Below are positions 60,123 to 64,000 of a stretch of DNA of 64,000 nucleotides, piece by piece. Location: the NCBI GenBank assembly GCA_029856145.1, contig JAHQWK010000025.1:30582-94581 (forward strand), read 5' to 3'. Each line of letters opens with the position of its first letter. The first letter of the stretch is position 1. Position numbers and translations under genes: made by a program. A model generated the notes under the pieces. It ran no database searches. It was not told where the DNA came from and worked only from the letters and a program-made list of their open reading frames with translations. The stretch is from Promethearchaeia archaeon. Its GTDB lineage: Archaea; Asgardarchaeota; Lokiarchaeia; Sigyniarchaeales; SOKP01.

Positions 60123-60794
60123 TTAATTTATTTTTTTTGGTTTTATTTTAAAGTTCAATTGATAAATAAACCAATTACCAAATTGCTCCTCTAATTCAAA
60201 ACCAACTTCTTCTGCCCACTTTTTTTCTGTTTTTCGTCGGGGGTAATCTGGATCAGGAAATATTTCACTTAATGATATTAATCCATCAGTTTTTAGAACC
60301 CTTTTAAGTTCTTTAAGAGCTCTTATAGGTTCTGGAATTTCAGGAAGACAAGCAATCATTAGAACACGATCAATGCTTTCGTCTTCAAACGAAAGATTAT
60401 AAGCATCATCTATTTTCGGAATGATATTAGTGATATTCTCTTTTTCTATTCTTTTTTTTAATCGGTTAATAACTGATTCTTGTATGTCAATAGCGTATAC
60501 AATTCCCTCTGGTAACACTTTCTTGGCAATTGCTTTGGTGTAACTCCCTTTTCCCGGTCCAATTTCTACAACAGTCATGCCTGATTCTAATTTCAATCGT
60601 TCCGCAACTTTTTCAGGTTTTTGGATGAATTTTCTTCTAATTGGATTGTCAATTAAACGGGTCATAAAGCTGGGAATTGGAAATTTATGATACTTTCGGA
60701 TAATTCTCAGAAGAATAAATACAATGAAAAAGAATATACCGAAAATAATCAGAATTATGAGGAAAATAAATCTTATGATTAACCAAAAATCCAT
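60123..60794 (-). CDS. Membrane-anchored class I SAM methyltransferase
   Basis: N-terminal TM; VEIGPGKG; 'ALKELKRVLK.DG'. Confidence 0.88.
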   Translation of the reverse strand: MDFWLIIRFIFLIILIIFGIFFFIVFILLRIIRKYHKFPIPSFMTRLIDNPIRRKFIQKPEKVAERLKLESGMTVVEIGPGKGSYTKAIAKKVLPEGIVYAIDIQESVINRLKKRIEKENITNIIPKIDDAYNLSFEDESIDRVLMIACLPEIPEPIRALKELKRVLKTDGLISLSEIFPDPDYPRRKTEKKWAEEVGFELEEQFGNWFIYQLNFKIKPKKIN

Positions 60795-60826
60795 TGGTAA
60801 AAAACTCTTGAATATATAATTTTAAT

Positions 60827-61207
60827 CTACACTTTCCCATTCAACCTTAACGCAAAAGGTTTGAGAAAACTTAATGCTTTGGGGGGATCTGCTTGAGGCA
60901 TGGCATATGATACAAGCACTCCTCCTTGAAAAGGAACGAATAATATATGTCCCATCCCACTTTCACTGGTTCCAACAATTCCTTCAGCAGTAGTTTCAAC
61001 AACCGAATATTTTACATCACTTAAAACAAATAAGTGGTCTCCTTTAATAACATTCATTATAATGTTCGTTTGATTAGTTAGATCCCAATTTTCAGTCTGA
61101 ATAACTAAATTACCCTTATCAGACACCACTGCAATGGCAGCAATTTTTATGCTAGTTTCTAGGGCTGCTATTCCCAATTCATCAATGATATTTTTAATTT
61201 CATCCAT
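60827..61207 (-). CDS. Asgard profilin (126 aa; start ATG 61207)
   Basis: MDEIKNIIDEL...IAVVSDKGNLVIQTENWD...KYSVVETTAEGIVGTSESGMGHILFVP...LVSYAMP closely follows the Loki profilin pattern; the track's upstream extension overlaps the next gene. Confidence 0.85.
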   Translation of the reverse strand: MDEIKNIIDELGIAALETSIKIAAIAVVSDKGNLVIQTENWDLTNQTNIIMNVIKGDHLFVLSDVKYSVVETTAEGIVGTSESGMGHILFVPFQGGVLVSYAMPQADPPKALSFLKPFALRLNGKV

Positions 61208-61319
61208 ATTATGTATACTAAATTTATATTTTTTAAATATGGTTTTTGTTTTAACTCTTAAATTAAATAAATGAATTAAAAGAATAATCCTTTTAAAGTT
61301 CTTTAAATAAAAATAATCC

Positions 61320-62246
61320 ATGGATCTTAGCACGGGAAAACCTATTGAAATAACAGATAAAAATCTATTTGATGAATATTTCCAAAAATATCCACCAGAC
61401 ATTTCTGAATTTACATTTACAAACCTCTTTATGTGGAGGAATTATTATAATTTCTTGTTATTAAAATTTAAGGAGCATTTAATCTTATTCTCTAATGATT
61501 ACTTAAAAAATAGAAAAAATCCTATCAATACAGACTCAAGAGATTATATTTACTTTTTTCCTCCGATTGGTCCTTTTCCTGACAAAATAATTATTGAATT
61601 ATTTGAAAATATTGGAAATATAGAGGTTCATAGAGTTCCAGAGGATATCTGTGAAAAACTAACTAAAAACGAGAAATATGCAAAATTAAATTTGGATTGT
61701 CTTGAAGATAGGAATAATTGGGATTATATCTATAACAAAGATGAAATTTTGAATTTAGCAGGAAACAAGTATAGACAAAATAGAAGATGGTTACAAAAAT
61801 TCTTAAGTAGTTATAATTATGATTTTAAATTATTAAAAGAAAATCTTGTTGAAAAATGTAAGGAACTCCAATTAGAATGGTGTGTTATGAGGGCATGTAC
61901 CGAAGATGAGAGTTTAGAAGCAGAACAAGAAGCAATATATGAAGCATTGAATAATTTTGAGGCTCTTGGCTTTAACGGAGGTTTATTATGTGTTGATGAT
62001 AAATGTGCTGCTTATACTTTTGGAGAGATGTTAAATGAAAACACTTTAGTAATTCATATTGAGAAGGCTCATATGGAGTATATGGGGTCCTATCAAGCAA
62101 TCAATAATTTGTTCTTGAAAAATTGCTGTGTAGATACGATATATGTTAATAGAGAACAGGATATTGGAATAGAAGGGCTAAGAAGAGCAAAAGAGTCATA
62201 TAAACCCATTCGAATGGTAAAAAAGAACATTATATATCAAAAATAA
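61320..62246 (+). CDS. DUF2156 (aminoacyl-phosphatidylglycerol synthase C-terminal-like) protein
   Basis: SEFTFTNLFMW, DYIY...L.G.K, HIEKA, G.YQ.IN, NREQDIG.EGLRRAKESYKP. Confidence 0.9.
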   Translation: MDLSTGKPIEITDKNLFDEYFQKYPPDISEFTFTNLFMWRNYYNFLLLKFKEHLILFSNDYLKNRKNPINTDSRDYIYFFPPIGPFPDKIIIELFENIGNIEVHRVPEDICEKLTKNEKYAKLNLDCLEDRNNWDYIYNKDEILNLAGNKYRQNRRWLQKFLSSYNYDFKLLKENLVEKCKELQLEWCVMRACTEDESLEAEQEAIYEALNNFEALGFNGGLLCVDDKCAAYTFGEMLNENTLVIHIEKAHMEYMGSYQAINNLFLKNCCVDTIYVNREQDIGIEGLRRAKESYKPIRMVKKNIIYQK

Positions 62247-62310
62247 TTTTAGAGTGAATTTTTTTATAAATGAAATAATTAGTATAGCGCAATTTTTTAA
62301 ATTCTCATAT

Positions 62311-62440
62311 CTGGTTACGACACTTCAGCACAGCGGAGGCTGTACGACACTTTCACCGAAGGATACCTATTTACAGTGTGGTACATATCGAAGCGGCGCG
62401 AATTACGCACAACCTGGTGATGTATGGAGAATTACACCCG
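62311..62440 (-). ncRNA. Candidate structured ncRNA of unknown family
   Basis: 65/130 nt G+C in an AT-rich background; at least 6 nested helices that need G-U pairs on the minus strand; C(UUCG)G tetraloop; TATA-like TTTTATAAAT at 62466-62457 just upstream. Confidence 0.6.
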
Positions 62441-62598
62441 ATCATCAAACACATCTATTTATAAAAGAAGATTCGATTGATTTTATTTTTCTCATGTTAT
62501 GATTTGAGTTTAATATATTAAGTAAATAGGGGTAAATTCAGTATATTTAAAGAAAAACAGTTTCGCGATTTTTTATTTAAAAATACACAAAGCAATTT

Positions 62599-62825
62599 AT
62601 GGTTACTATGATGTTTAATTATTCTGATGTGATTGCTGAATCACTTGAATTTCTCATAGCTTTAGGATCAATAATCGTGGTGCTTGGAGTCGCAGTAGGA
62701 TTGTTAGGATAGTTTTTTTAGGACAATTTGGAAAACGCGACATGATTGCAGTGATTATTGTTTCTACCATTTTATTAGCTGTATGCGGAACCTATCCATG
62801 GTTAGAATGTTTTGAAATTCGGTGA
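62599..62825 (+). pseudogene. Degraded small membrane protein gene
   Basis: MVTMMFNYSDVIAESLEFLIALGSIIVVLGVAVGLLG* then a frameshifted GQFGKRDMIAVIIVSTILLAVCG... Confidence 0.45.
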
Positions 62826-62944
62826 AGAAGCATTAGCTGAGAAATTAGCGTTAGAGTTGAAAATTATTAATATTCTAATTAAATTAAGAATTTAAAAAAA
62901 ATAATTATTAATTTTGAATTTTAGTTTCTTGCTTAATGAGCTTT

Positions 62945-63472
62945 TTAATCTGGTTTTGCTACACACCAATCTATCATAATATAGTAGTTTCCGCCGAACC
63001 ATTTACAATAATCGAATATAACTTCAATATAATCTAAATACCTTGTGTCATCAAGATCAAAAGTATAATATCCATCATGTAATGAATAATATCGTTCTCT
63101 ATCCCCTGTGGTATAATAGATATTTACATCATAATGCTCTCCAGAAGCTGTACCATCAAAACTTAACTTTAATTCATAACATTTTGTATTTGGAAACCCA
63201 ATTTCCATTGTAGCAAAGTAAAGTGAAAAAAGCTGATCCGCTTTAACCTTCCATACATCAAAATCATAATAATATAATGACTCTAGATTACCGGAGCTTG
63301 TATCCCCTGGATGAGCATGAATTGATGATGGGAGCAAATTATAGCCTCCCCCACCTCCATCGCCAGGATCAAATTGAGCTTTTGAAATTAAAGGTATACA
63401 ACAAATTGATATAAAAGCAATAAAAAGCATTATCCTTGAAGACTTTTTAATATTTTTCATTTCTACCCTCAT
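62945..63472 (-). CDS. Secreted hypothetical protein
   Basis: Signal peptide (..ISKA), DGGGGG linker, Tyr/Asp-rich beta domain. Confidence 0.7.
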   Translation of the reverse strand: MRVEMKNIKKSSRIMLFIAFISICCIPLISKAQFDPGDGGGGGYNLLPSSIHAHPGDTSSGNLESLYYYDFDVWKVKADQLFSLYFATMEIGFPNTKCYELKLSFDGTASGEHYDVNIYYTTGDRERYYSLHDGYYTFDLDDTRYLDYIEVIFDYCKWFGGNYYIMIDWCVAKPD

Positions 63473-64000
63473 TCTTTGTTTTTTTCTTAATTATTTCTTA
63501 AATAATTTTTTCTCATAATTCTTTAAAAAAATTAAATTTTTTTTAGATGAAGTTAGGATCACTAATTGCTACTTATATCTTTAAATATATTTGGATAGAA
63601 TGTTCAAAATTTCTTTATTAAAGAAATCTTTGACATAGTAAAATCAGTAAAATCAAGCACAATACAAGCTATTGGTTTTAATTTTTGTGAAATGGGATGT
63701 GTTCCAATCTTCCCATGAACATTTTTTTTTTAATTCTGTCAAAATTTCTTGATATTTCTCACAATTTTAATAACCTTTAATTTAAATGCTATCATGATAT
63801 TTCATCATTGAGTTCCATTGTTTATTAGTTTTTTTTATGGAATCAAAATTACTGAGATCCAATGAGATGAGCTTTTTAAATGCAAAAACAATGTAAAAAT
63901 AGTAAAATAAAAGAAAAAGAAGATCCTTATGTAAAGAGAAGATATAGCATTTTAGCTTCTATTCTATCTTTAAATTATTTTCATTTAACCAAAATTGTCT

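Noticed and set aside
61208-61402. N-terminal extension of ORF 60827..61402
   Set aside because: Overlaps the divergent DUF2156 gene and AT-rich promoter DNA; profilin homology starts at Met 61207
62355-62390. tRNA-Tyr-like CUGUAAA loop, and a hammerhead-like UGAUGA...GAAA in the ncRNA candidate
   Set aside because: No proper anticodon stem, T-loop (GUUCRA) or acceptor stem; no CUGAUGA core with correctly placed helices
62254-62502. 82-aa + strand ORF
   Set aside because: No recognisable protein features; the open frame is explained by local GC richness, and the strand-specific G-U helices favour a minus-strand RNA
62599-62825. In-frame TAG as possible pyrrolysine readthrough
   Set aside because: Accompanied by a frameshift, and not a methylamine methyltransferase context; ordinary decay is more likely
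63590-64000. Degenerate minus-strand coding-like sequence at the window end
   Set aside because: Multiple stops and no identifiable family; cannot be supported

Overview
AT-rich (~30% GC by eye) archaeal DNA, almost certainly an Asgard archaeon of the Lokiarchaeia. The evidence is three tandem Rab-like GTPases, two profilin homologues, a Loki-type LRR family protein and a eukaryote-like SECIS. The main content is as follows. (1) An amino-acid catabolic region: arcC, rocD, a DMT transporter fused to an Lrp/AsnC ligand domain, and a bacterial-type lysine fermentation cluster (kat-kce-kdd-[ZIP/DtxR insert]-kamA-kamB-like-kamD-kamE). (2) General metabolic genes: SDRs, two AORs, Fe-ADH, HypB and class I GAPDH. 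(3) A redox locus at 40.7-51.4 kb: RdhA/QueG-like protein, an HdrD-like protein with a whole GltD/NfnB module nested in its CCG domain, AOR plus ferredoxin, and a selenoprotein operon that the ORF track breaks up. That operon encodes HdrA (2 in-frame UGA) and MvhD/VhuD (2 in-frame UGA), all at conserved Cys positions, followed by a single AUGA...GA SECIS and an FdhB/FlxC-like gene. (4) Elements absent from the ORF track: a box C/D sRNA (31.6 kb), a GC-rich multi-helix ncRNA candidate that I cannot assign to a family (62.3-62.4 kb), a 10-Cys mini-protein, two tiny membrane proteins and tandem DtxR-type operators. No CRISPR array, rRNA, tRNA or transposase was seen. All assignments come from motif recognition by eye; no database searches were run.
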